Shown here: positions 48,783-60,800 of the stretch, in pieces
How the letters are laid out: every line of letters begins with the position of its first letter
Numbering within the stretch: position 1 is the first letter of the stretch
From: Phyllosticta citribraziliensis
Lineage: Eukaryota
Assembly: GCF_038025025.1 (NCBI RefSeq)
Contig: NW_027117339.1
Span: 124,001-188,000, forward strand
Direction of reading: 5' to 3'
Length of the DNA: 64,000 nt
Made by a program: the position numbers and the translations under genes
Notes under the pieces: model-generated
Database searches by the model: none
What the model was told of the DNA's origin: nothing
What the model saw: the letters and a program-made list of their open reading frames with translations, nothing else

Positions 48783-49427
48783 TTACTTGACCTGGGGAGG
48801 GCCCTGTGGCAAAAAGACCGTCTTGGTAACGGCAGGAGGCGGACAGCCAGGGGGCACGATTGGCGCCGGAGCTTGAGCCGGTGGTCCTTGAGGTGCCGGC
48901 TGGACTGGGGGAGGTTGCTCCGGCGGTGGCTGAGTAGGCGGCGACGCTTCTGGCGGAGGAGCTGGTTGCGGCTCGCTTGGAGCTGGAGCTGGCGCGGGAG
49001 CGGGAGGAGGTTGAGCAGGAGGGGGTTGCTGGCCAGGAGGTGGAGTCTCGGCCGGCGGTGGAGCACCGGGTGGAGAAGCTGGGGTAGTTGGACCAGCGCC
49101 AGTGTCCGGGGGAGCCGTTGCAACACACTTGCAGAGCTCAATGGCTCCAGACGAGACCTTCAAGGCCTGGTTGACGTCCTGGTTGCAAGCCTTCAAGACA
49201 CACTGCGTGATGGTAGGGTTCTTCTGGACCTTTTCCGAGTTGGAGCAACCGCAACGAAAGTCGGAGACGGGGACGTTGACGCAGCCAGCATCCTTTTGCG
49301 CTGAGAGCAAGCACTCCTGTCCGCACTGAGGAATGAGGGACAAGGCCGAGGAGACGCAGGCCTTTTGCGCGTAGGTTTGCGCCGCAAAGGCGGCCAAGAG
49401 GCCCGAGACCAAAGTGAAGGTGCGCAT
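48783..49427 (-). CDS. Secreted CFEM-domain protein with Pro-rich tail
   Basis: Signal peptide MRTFTLVSGLLAAFAAQTYA; IPQCGQECL..GC..DFRCGC..CVLKAC..LCKC CFEM spacing. Confidence 0.85.
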   Translation of the reverse strand: MRTFTLVSGLLAAFAAQTYAQKACVSSALSLIPQCGQECLLSAQKDAGCVNVPVSDFRCGCSNSEKVQKNPTITQCVLKACNQDVNQALKVSSGAIELCKCVATAPPDTGAGPTTPASPPGAPPPAETPPPGQQPPPAQPPPAPAPAPAPSEPQPAPPPEASPPTQPPPEQPPPVQPAPQGPPAQAPAPIVPPGCPPPAVTKTVFLPQGPPQVK

Positions 49428-50159
49428 GGCGGTGGTCAGAAGACAGCGGCTGCTTGAGAAGATGTGCTACACCAAAGTGATGGTGCTTCTGGCCGTTGAG
49501 CAAAGACGTGCATACTTGACAAAGAGTACAGGTCCATCTTATATGCCGTGGACGAGGGTCTCAAGGCACATGTCGCTCGGTGATGCCATTCGACGCTCAG
49601 TACCCAATGCTCGACCTTCTCTCCGCGTCTCCACACGTCCCACCTGATTCCTAGGCTCGGTAAGAGGGTCAGCACGTTCTACACAACATCCAGGCCTGGA
49701 GATTCGGGCATATTCAGGAACTGCCTGATTAGTTTGTGCCCAATGCAGCCATGACGTTGCATCACGATCTCCTGCATACAGTCCTCGGCCCCGCTCCTGA
49801 GGCGCACATGGAGCCCGTGCCTTTGAGAAACGAAACAGGAAAACACCATCACCTTGCGAGCAGAAACAGATGAAGACTAGGACGGAATAGGAAAGGCGGG
49901 TAGCGGCAACGTTGCGTGCCTGCAGATCCACTGTGGCGTCTGGGGTTTTCAAAATGCGGGGAAAGCTTGTCAATATCTCGGTTGCAACATCAGTGCACAT
50001 GTAAACTTTGGACTTGGTCTATTCCTCTTGTGGTAATACGTAGGCCGTTGTTGACATGAGTCCTCGCAACGATCCCGAGAATACTCCTCACGGTACCGGG
50101 ACGCGAGTCACTCGCTTGTAGAAAGTTGACTCTGCGGGACGGGAGTGTGCCCGAAAGGC

Positions 50160-51357
50160 TTAGTCGAGCTTGGCAAAAGCCAGCTCATACGCCAGAGCAA
50201 GCGTGAGCTTTGCATGCTGGAGCATGTGATCAAAGCTGAGGTACTCGATCTTGTCTTCGGTCGAATGAATCTTCTTGTCAGAGTATTGAAAGTCGCTCTC
50301 AATGACAAAGGCGGACGGGTACCCCGCCTTGCTTGCGCTAGCATGGTCTGAGCAGGCGTAACCGCACTTGGTCAGGACGTAGGGAATGTCACAGTAGGAC
50401 GTGATGACCTCCTTGATGAATTCCGTAAGGCCCGCGTCGACAAAGTCCGTGATGACGCCGACCGACTCGGGCTCTCCGGCGTCAAGAGTCCCCTGGACGT
50501 AGCCCGTCATGTCCTGCTGGAGCATCGCCTTGATCTCTCGGCCTTCCTTTTGATACGATTGAAAAATGGCAGACGAGCCCAAGAGACCACCCTCTTCAGC
50601 GGAGTACCAGTGGAACTCGACCGTATTCTCGCCCTTGCCCGTGGAAATGTCCTCCGAGTTCAGCAGCGCCCTCAAAGCTTCGAGGATCGTGACGGTGCCA
50701 GAACCATCATCGTCGGCGCCCGGAGCGGCCAGGATCGATGGGAGGAAGAGGTTGATGCTGTCCTGGTGAGCGCCAATGACGACCGTCTTGTTTGTTTTGC
50801 CCGGGATGGTGGCGATGATGCTGTTCTGTCCCCATGGGTGCTCAAAGTGTCTGACGCTGGCACCGTGTGCTAACGCACCAGCATCGGCCAAGGTCTGGTT
50901 GACCTGTCCCAACAGCCACGCCGATGACTGTGCGCCATATTGCGACCGATAGTAGCGAGTGTGGAACGAAGTAAACTTTTCCAGGTGCTTGCGCATTTGC
51001 TTCTTGTCCAATTCTCCCAGCAGCGGCTTCACCTGGTCCTTGTAGGCCGTCTTGGAAGGGAAGGTGACGTTGGTACGCTCGCGGACTGAGAAGTCCTGGT
51101 AATTCGTAATGTCGAAGAAGTTTTTTCCATTCTGGAGGGTGTTAGCTTAAGCAAGGCATATGTAAGCAAAGCGAAAGACTTGCCCTTCTCAACTCCCACT
51201 TCTCATCCTCCGTTACCCATTTGGTGTCTCCCGGAGATAGCTCCACAAGGTAGCGCTCGACCTGATCCAGCTGTTGGAGAGGAGCTTGGTCATCGCGCAC
51301 CACGACAAGCGCAGTCGCAGCGGCGACGAAAGTCGAGAGAAAAATGGCAGATTTCAT
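50160..51357 (-). CDS. Secreted leucine aminopeptidase (M28, Lap1-like)
   Basis: Signal peptide; [43 protein letters not shown] intron 51132-51183. Confidence 0.93.
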
Positions 51358-52477
51358 GGTTGTTGTTTGGAGGAGGCTGGGGAGAGAAGGCGACGTGCGC
51401 AGAGGTCATGACGATAGCTCGGGCGCCGGGTGGATGACGCACCCCTGTCGATTGTTCAACCAGCCAACTGAACGCCGCTACACAGCACCTTATCGCTCAT
51501 CACCGCCGATCTATGCACTCCACGATCAATACGGTCTATGTACACTCGTCTCTACATTTCCCCTGACTACGAAAGCAAGCCTTCATCGTTTGTTTATTGA
51601 TCAGATTGTCGCGGAATGCAACAATCCAACCGCGCACCAAAGACCAGGAGGAACAAAAAGTGTAGCTTGTCTCGCATCATTGCTTTTGAAGCCTCCAAAG
51701 GATGTGGTCCTATTCCAAAGAGGTTCAAGCGTGCTCAGCCGGCGCCGGCGAACATGTCGTCTGGGGTAATTGGCTCGGGGGTTTCAGCTTGTCGCAAGCA
51801 TCGCGGAGCACTCGGCATGGATTGCTCTGTCGATTTGGCACTCGGTAAATGTGTGTAGATATAAAGAGGGCATAAGAGCCATGATATCAGTGCCATATGC
51901 GCTACCTCTGCTTTCTACCGTGCCATGGCCCTGCTTATGTCAAGTTCAGAATAGCGTACAGATCGCACTCGCGTGACGAATCCGAGGAGAAGAATACAAG
52001 ACCATTACAAGGAAATCCAAGCAGAAGTGATACTCGCTCTTCCAATAAAGAGAAGAAGTAGTCCTCGATACATGCTGTATACATACATGTACATGCACGA
52101 CCGGAACCCTGCCAGGGACATGGCCCGAGCTTGTGCGGCGGGTGCAACCAGAGCTCCGCCAGCCTGGCCGCGTCTCCAAACCACTCCACTCACACTTGAC
52201 CTCGTTCACCCGTCACCTGTACATCGCCTCTGCATTTGATCATTTTCCAGTACAACCATTCTCATCCCCGCATCAAGACGCCCGTTGGGGCCGCGAATCC
52301 TTCAAGCTGGCGGGCTTACGATCTCTTAGGCTAGCTCTCCTCTACCTCATCCTCTTCGCCCTCACCGTCTTCGTACTGGCTTCCTCGCGCTTCGGTTCCC
52401 GCCTTCAGGCCGTCCTGGGCAACCTCTCGCCCACGCGCTTTGGATACCAACCCTCGAGGCCCTTGACCAACGTTACA

Positions 52478-54809
52478 ATGGCTCCCTCCAAGTACAAGAA
52501 GCCTCCCCAGGCTCCCCCAAAGTTCACCCCCACCCCGCAGTCCCTCCTCGACGACACCAAGAGGCTGGTACGATGCGCCGACCACCTGACAACGCTACCA
52601 ATCGCTAATATGGACAGCTTGACCAATCCCGCAAAATCCAAGATGACATTGTCGCCCAAGTTCCGCCCGAGAAGGCCACCTTTTCCAACGTCTTGCTCCC
52701 CGTCGCCCAAGACGACGACCAGATGAGCCTAGAGTCCCACATCCTCGGCTTCTACTCTGCCGTCTCGACCGAAAAGGCACTTCGCGATGCCTCCAACGAA
52801 GCCGAATCCTTGATGGACAAGTTTTCCATTGAAATGAGCATGCGCGAGGACTTTTACAACCTGTTGGACGCCGCCAAGAAGAGAAATGAGAAGCTCGACC
52901 CCGAGTCTCAGCGCCTGCTCGAGAAGAACCATAAGTCGTACATCCGCAATGGTCTGGGAATTCCGGCGGGTCCGAAGAGGGACCGCTTCAAGGAGATCAA
53001 GGACCGTTTGAGCGAAATCAGCATCGCTTTCCAAAAGAATCTCAACGAAGAAAATGGAGGCCTGTGGTTTACTCTGGAGGAGTTGGACGGTGTGCCAGAT
53101 GACGTGGTCAATAACCTGGAGAAGGGCGAGGGCGAGAACGAGGGCAAGGTCAGGCTTACTTTCAAGTATCCCGACCTCTTCCCCACCCTCAAGTACGCCA
53201 AGAATGAAAACGTCCGTCAAAAGGTGTTTGTGGCAAATGAGAACAAATGCAACGACAACACGGCGCTCTTCAAGGAGGCCATCGTCCTCCGTGACGAGGC
53301 TGCCCGTCTGTTGGGTTACAACAATCACGCCGAGTTCAGGATTGAAGACAAGATGGCCAAGACGCCCAAGACTGTCACCGACTTTTTGGGCGACCTCCGG
53401 ACCCGTCTTGCCCCTGGTGGCCTTGAAGAGGTCAAGAAGCTCCTCGCCTTGAAGAAGGAAGATGTCGAGAGCCGAGGCGAGAAGTTCGATGAGCACTACT
53501 ACCTCTGGGACAATCGATACTACGACCGCCTGATGCTGGAGAAGGACTACAAGCTTGACCAGACCAAGATTGCGGAATACTTCCCCCTTGGAACCACGAT
53601 CCGCGGCATGCTTGGTATCTTTGAAGAGATCTTTGGTTTGGTTTTTGTTGAAATCACTGGAGCAGACCGTGACGCCATTTCTGAAACTGGCAAGGGTTCT
53701 GACATTGTCTGGCACAAGGACGTCCAAGTCTTTAGTGTCTGGGACGATGATGGTGAGGGCAGCGGCTTTGTCGGATACTTGTATCTCGACCTGCACCCGC
53801 GCGAGGGCAAGTACGGTCATGCCGCCAACTTCAACTTGCAACCCGTAGGTCTCGCACATTCAACGTTGAAGTGGGCCAACTAACACCGAGCAGGGCTTCA
53901 TCCAGCCGAATGGCAGCCGCCGCTACCCTGCAACTGCCCTCGTCTGCAACTTTTCCAAGCCGACGCCCAAGAAGCCTAGCTTGCTGAAGCACGACGAAGT
54001 CGTCACCCTCTTCCACGAACTGGGTCACGGCATTCACGATCTCGTCTCGCGGACGACTTACTCTCAATTCCACGGTACCAACACTGTCCGTGACTTTGTC
54101 GAGGCGCCTTCCCAGATGCTTGAAAACTGGTGCTGGACTCCCTCGCAGCTCAAATCTCTGTCCAAGCATTACTCTTACTTGTCCCCCGAGTACAAGGCCG
54201 CGTTTGAGGAAAGTTCCAAGGAGAGCAGCCACCCCCCCGAGACGATTCCGGACGACCTCATCAACAGCCTGATCAGCACCAAGCACGTCAACGACGCTCT
54301 GTTCAACCTCCGCCAGCTCCACTTTGGCATTTTTGACATGACGGTCCACACCCCTGCGAGCCATGATGACATCAAGGCCCTGCCAGTCTCCGAGACCTAC
54401 AACCAGCTCCGAAAGGAGATTTCCAAGCTGGATGGTCCCGAGGAGCTATCGAGCAAGGATGGCAAGAAGAACTGGACGTGGGGCCACGGCCAGGCCACCT
54501 TTGGCCACTTGATCGGTGGCTACGATGCTGGCTACTACGGATACTTGAGGTGAGTTTTACTTTTCCTTCCACTCTTTGCATCACGCACAACTAATGCGTC
54601 TTTTCCACACCAGCTCCCAAGTCTACTCGGCAGACATGTTCCACACCGTCTTCGCCAAGGACCCGATGAATGGTAAGGAGGGCCGGCGCTACCGCCACAC
54701 GGTCCTCGAGCGCGGCGGCTCGCAGGATGAGATGGACACGCTCGTCGACTTTTTGGGCCGCAAGCCGAGCACCGAGGCTTTCTACCGCGAGCTGGGTCTT
54801 TCGTCGTGA
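52478..54809 (+). CDS. M3 metallo-oligopeptidase (thimet oligopeptidase/MepB/Prd1-like)
   Basis: FHELGHGIH zinc motif, DFVEAPSQMLENW, GYDAGYYGY; introns 52568-52617, 53845-53893, 54550-54613. Confidence 0.93.
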
Positions 54810-57800
54810 GCCTTTTTTGCTTCTTTTCGTTTCTCTCTGGAGTCTCGCCTATCTAGATTTCAAGAGCCGCGATAAAATGATTGATGTTTTGCGTGGAAAG
54901 GACGTGGAAAGGAACCTACTTGCGTCGCTTGCATGTCTTGTGAGCTGTTGGTGCTCATGCTCCCACAGCGGTTGTCGGAAGAATTGAGACCTCCCGGGTC
55001 TAGCCAGCAGCGCAACAATCCACGGCTCCGAGCTGCGCGCACCTGCAACGGCGGACGGCTGCTCTGCTCCTTGGGCGTCGCTGTAACAGCGGACGAATGC
55101 CCCTTCAGCGTCGGTATCATGGCAGATGAATACTCCCTGGGGCCAACAATCGCAGTAACCGCCGTCTCATTTCTTCCGACACCCTCTGTGCTCTGCTGAA
55201 TGCATGGTTGTGTCGTTAAGGCTGGATTCCCGCCGACTAACTAACTTAGAGGCAGAGTGCGGATGGCACTACGTCTGGGTGTACTGTATAGAACTGAGCG
55301 CTGACCCGGCCGCCAGCCAGCCAGCCAGCGTCAAACGATCTAGCTACCTAGCCCTTACCGCGCGGCGCGGCGGCTGCGTGCGGGCGGACCCGTGTAGATC
55401 CACAGAAAGACGTACGTATTGGATCATATCTGGCATAGCGCTCCGTGCAAGTGTTTACTTGTACGGGTTACATGGCCAGCGCGGTGGTCATCTACGAATC
55501 TCCTTGTGCCAGCAAAGACGGAGAGGAAAGAAGGGGAGAAAGTGGAAGTGGGGGGAATACCACTCCAGTCCCGTACAGTCCACCATCAACACCAACGCTG
55601 CAATAAGTGACCAACACCTTCCACAGTACGGTACCGTATCCTGATGACCAACGGTGCGGTGTAGTGGTGCTGCTCTTGGAAGAAATACCCAGCTACCTAG
55701 AGCATTCTTGCGCCCGCTTCCGCTATATAGGCGTGGCCCCTCCGTCCGTCTCTACTACCAGTCTGTTCGTTTGCCTGTGAGTCTGCTGGCCGCCCCAGTG
55801 CGGTGGCTACTATGCTGAGCGCCCTGCGGAGCGGACGGATGAATTGTGTTAGTGGAGAAGAGTGAGGAGAAGGAAAAGGAGGAAGAGCAGCAAAGAAGTG
55901 TCACATTGGCGTTGAAGAGATTTGAAAAGACAAATATGCGAGTGACCGTCAGGTCTTGAGGATGTGTGGCCGGGAGCGGAGAACGAAGAATGAGCAACTT
56001 GAAATTCGAATGTGATGGATGGGAAAAGGGGAGTGTGATGCTGCTTATCACTGAGCCTGTTGCGGATCCAATTTCTTACGTTGAGCAGGCGGGGGAATCC
56101 GCTCCATAAGCTCGCTGTTAACTGCTCCTATCATTCGGTCTCCGAGACTTTTCGGTCGTATCTTTGCCTTCTCTTCCAACGAACATGCAGGCACGGATCA
56201 AATGGTCAAATGGTCAGGGGGTCGGATAGGGAGGTACAGCGCAAGTGCGTTCGTCCTGGTCGCAACGCAGGCGATAGCAGCTTGAACGGTGACAGTGTTT
56301 GTCAACATCTGGGACTTAAATACAAAGGGCTCGAAATAAATGTCAAGTCGGCAAAGTAGTGGCGAGGAGCAGACGAGCAGGGGCCATTGCGGCTCGCAGA
56401 CCGAATCCGGAAGAGAGCTCTCAACGGCTCGATTTGCCATACATACTGTCCGGTCGTCGTGAGGTTCTGAGCTTATACATGGGGGATAGCGACGGTACGC
56501 AGGGAATAGTCAGCACGTGAGTTCAAGCCGAGCATGGGGCCCCCTGGCCCGCGGTGTCCTGTTTGGGAGAGCGGGACTAGCCAGCCAGCCAGCTGCAAAA
56601 CAAACATCAATCTGTGATCTTGTCCTGAGTCTCTCCTCACATCATTCCGTCTTATTTTTCCTCCGTCGAGCCAGGAAGGACGACGCATCGGTCATGGTGC
56701 ATACGACGGAACGGGAAGTTTTTGGTCGACAGCGCGCGATCATTTTGCATGCAGCAGCTGTGTGTATGTACTGCACTGTATGTGAAAAGTGAGGTCAGGA
56801 AGCATGCATGCAAGATCGACGGCGTAAGTCGCCTTGGCGCCATCTGCACGTCGCCAGTCGCGTCTGTTTCGAATTTCAAAAGTTTCGAGTAGGTCGTCCG
56901 CCCGCCCTCGTCCCCACCCTAACTTCTTTCATGCGGCTTGCTTGGTGTCGTATTATCTTTTTGAGTGGATTGTCTCGTGCCACGTCCCCGAAACAACCTG
57001 TCTGCCTCGGTACAATACCTTACCCACAGACCTGACACGACACCCGCGCGCCCCGTGTTGTGGGTAGGTAGGCGGCGCGCCGTGCCACACCACGACGCGT
57101 GGATAACGTTTCACGAAGAGCCACTTGTAGGATGTCATCTGCCGCCGCGCCGCGCCACACCACCACGGTTTACTGTGCCGCCTGCCGTCGCCAGAAATGG
57201 CTTCACAGCAGCAGCGCCCCGGCGGACGCTTGCGTTCCTCGACCGGCAAGGAGATCCAAGGGGACGGCGGAAATTATGAAAAGGAAAGAAACCTAGCCGG
57301 TCCATTGCATAGGTGCGGAAACGCGAACGGAAACGGTTCCGATCCGAAACTTCGACGCGCACGGCGCTTGGGGGCGCGTTTGGCAGTGGAGAAGGAGGTG
57401 ATGATGGAGAAAAGCTACCTATGCAAGGTCAGTCTTTGGACTCAGGGGCAAATGCGAACGATTGCGAAGAATCAAAAGACAGTGCTGATCGAAGATGTGA
57501 ACGACTCAGACAAAGGTGCTGGATACTGAATCCAAAATCTCTGGGCGGTGGGCCCGGCTGTGACAAGTGAAGAGGGGGTCGAAGAGGGACACTGTCCATG
57601 CACAAGCAAGGTGAGGTGGTCTGTGAGACATGGCATCTTCAGAAAGCCGCATTCAATGCGCATGCAGAGCGCAGGGCAAACTGCTTCTCCGCGCATCGGA
57701 TTTCTGGGGGTCAATCTGAAATCATGCTTCAAAGTTGTGCCGACCATCATATCCCGGCCATCGGTGCTTTCCGACGATATTTTAACGCGCAGCTGCTCGT

Positions 57801-60800
57801 AGGTGCTTCCTTGCGTCGTCTTTCCAAGTTTGTCGAGCTTGAGCTTTTCTTGCAAGGATGCCTCCGATCGTTGATTGGGTGCTTTGCTGCCGGACCCTGG
57901 TCCTACAGCCTCTCATTGAGCCCCGAGTTCCAAACCTACCCTTGCGCCTTTCACAAGACCATGGGGGGCCATGAATGGGGCAAGTGATGATTGTTGTTTC
58001 ACTGGCTGCTGTGAGTATTTTGGTTCCGGTTCGACTGAAAGCACGTTGTGGCTTCGTGGCGCCTCTTCGGTGGCTACTTTTGAACGGACGAGAAGGAGTG
58101 TACTCTCTGCTCAACACCATTTGCCTTCCATGGCGGAATAAATGCCCCAGGCACAGGCCGGGACAGCCGGTCAATGACTTGTCCCCGTCGAATCCAAAAA
58201 CTCTTTCCTTTTCCTGATGGCGGGCGACGCCACAGCGGAGAACATGTATTTGTACAGTGTTTTGGCACGGGAAGACGGCGTTGCCGTCTGGATTGAAACG
58301 ACGTCAGACGCAGCGGGTAGATCTACGATTTGGAACGTCAAGCCCCACATGTTCTGGTCTTATACGGGTCCGTTCCAGTTTTCTGTCACGTCGAAGCATT
58401 AGTCAGCCGTTCACTCTGCCGGGATATCTGCCTTTGGACAGAAACACTGTCAGCAGGGGCCTCAGACTGCGTCTCGCTTGCCATCAACTGCTCAGCTTCT
58501 AACCTCTCAGTTGGCGCAAAATTGACAGAAATCCAAAGAGAATCCATCCACCAAAATTTCTCTGTCGCATCACTAAGCCTTACGACGGAGAGACCGCAAC
58601 ACTTCAGCATACTGACCGAACTATGAAGAGGAGGAGCCTGGATAAGCCATGGACGCATAACTTAGACCCCAGATTCTTCTGTGGCTATCTACAAACTCGG
58701 TCAACCCACCCCATCTTATGCAGCTTTGATGCCGCCAGTCATACCACCTGCGTTGTTTACCAGAAACACGCATCGAGGCGCGCTAGCAGCCAGGACTCGA
58801 AACGTCGTCGGAAAGAACTCCATGCGGAAAAGATCTTGGATTGAAGCTGAATATGGGGCGGGAAAGCCGTCGTCGACCCGCGGCAATTTTGCACAACCTC
58901 CGCCAACGAGGGGCGACCCGCCGCGATCCAGTGGGGAGGAACTTTCGAACCAACAGCCACACCGCCATCTCCCGGACGCGCCATATACATGGCAGGGTAC
59001 TTTGTGACCAGGGCATTGGCGTGAAGATTGTTGTGAAGCGCGCAGTCCCTCCTGTTGGAGACATGGCTGACCAAGACGGCGCGGTCAACTCCGAATTTGA
59101 TCGAAGAAGGGGACCAAAACCGCTGGAGAAGCCCAGCAAATTCCGACGATGGGGATCTTCAGAGGTACGTAAACGCTTCTCAATTACCGCGGCTAGCTCG
59201 CTTACGCCAGGCCAGATCTTCAATCTTCTTGGCAACAACAGCGGTCAGATACGGCGGAACGGCCCCAGAGCTCTCTTCTCCATGCCTCAACCGCCGCCTA
59301 TCGGTCATATTCCCGCCGCACGAAAAGAGTCGGCTGGTGGGCCTGTTGGAAAATCTCCAAGACCTGAAAAGCCGCCATAAGAGTCGGCCTCCACCATGGA
59401 CCAGAAGAGTAACGTGAAGCGAGCCGAAAAGAAATGTCGTGCTGTACAAAGTCCAGGCGGAAGAGGGACGACAGCCCTGCGGGAACCAAAACAAGGGAAG
59501 CGGCTAAGGTACCCTGACGATACGTGCGCGGATAGATGCGTTCCAGCTGGCAGGTATAATTGACGCGGCGTAGTAGCGGCTTGGGCCGGGGAAAGGGGGT
59601 GACGCTCCCGTTGGATCATCGCGCATAGGTTAGATCTGTAGCTCCATCTCAAGAGCGACCAGTCGAAGCGACTCCCTGTGGCTCTTGCCGCACAAAGAGT
59701 AGAGATCTGCACACATTGGAGGTCGTGGCTGGGTGAATGGCAGTAGCTCCGGGTCCACTTTGCGATGGGTCTACACCTAAACCGAACAAATCTGAGAAAT
59801 TATCGATCAAACGTGTCTCAATTTTCCGGCCGACAACCTCGTGATGCATCGTGTCGAGTCTCGTCTGCCCTTGGTGGCCGTCTATTGTGCAGGATACCGC
59901 TGAGGCTGACTTCAGGTATTTTGGCCGTCTGCAGCCTCAGCTCTCTAGGATCCAAATCGTGTACGGAAAGCCATCGCCGTGCCTCATGGAGCGCTGAAAC
60001 CGCTCGTTCGTGTCGGTCGCAGCGGCTGAGCTGCGGAGAGCACGACATTATTCCTGGCTCATGTGTCCGTCCGTTCGACCCACGTAGCTGCTTTGCGACG
60101 GCTTTTTGCGATGGCTATACGGGTTCGTAAAGGAGGCCCATCTCCACGCTTCATGTGTACCCCAGGCTGTGACTCCTATTTCCAATGCGGATTTGAGTGT
60201 CCGTAGAGAAAAAGGGCATGGCTGCTGCAGGTGGGATTGAGACCAAAGTCCGTAGTTTCCAGTGTCGAATGAGGTCCTGACGATGCCTAGCCTTGCGTTA
60301 CGCAGTTGAGGAGATCGGTGTAATAAGCGTGAAAGGGTGGCTGACGTGCAGCATGATTACTTTTCATGTCTTTGTGGGGCCGGAGGAGCGTCTGCTGAGG
60401 ATCCAAGTTGGGCAGCGTCCCGCAATCGTGTAGCACCAAGGTATTTGAATGGTCGGAAAAGAGGAGGAATGGCGGTCTGTCCACGATTTGGCGTTGTTGT
60501 CGTCGAATTGCACAACGCGGCAGGTGCAGAAGGCAGTCTGCTGAGGAATTGAGGTAGTTTGATGAGCCTAGACGTCCACCGGTCAGCTCTCATCAACAGC
60601 CCGGTTGTGAGGTGGTTGTGTAGCGCCACGATTCCAACTCCGAGGTGTTGCAAAGATGGCTTACCTTGCCGTTGACCTTCAAATCTGCACCTTTGCCTTG
60701 CTGAGGACGGTTTCACTCTCGTGAAACGCCTTGGCTGCAGCAATTTGCACGTCGCCAGATTGAGAGTCTTTTCCCTAGGGGGATGACGGACTGCATAATG

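Noticed and set aside
52729..53859. Long antisense ORFs over the M3 peptidase (likewise over the permease and PcaB-like genes)
   Set aside because: Explained by high GC3 codon bias on the real coding strand
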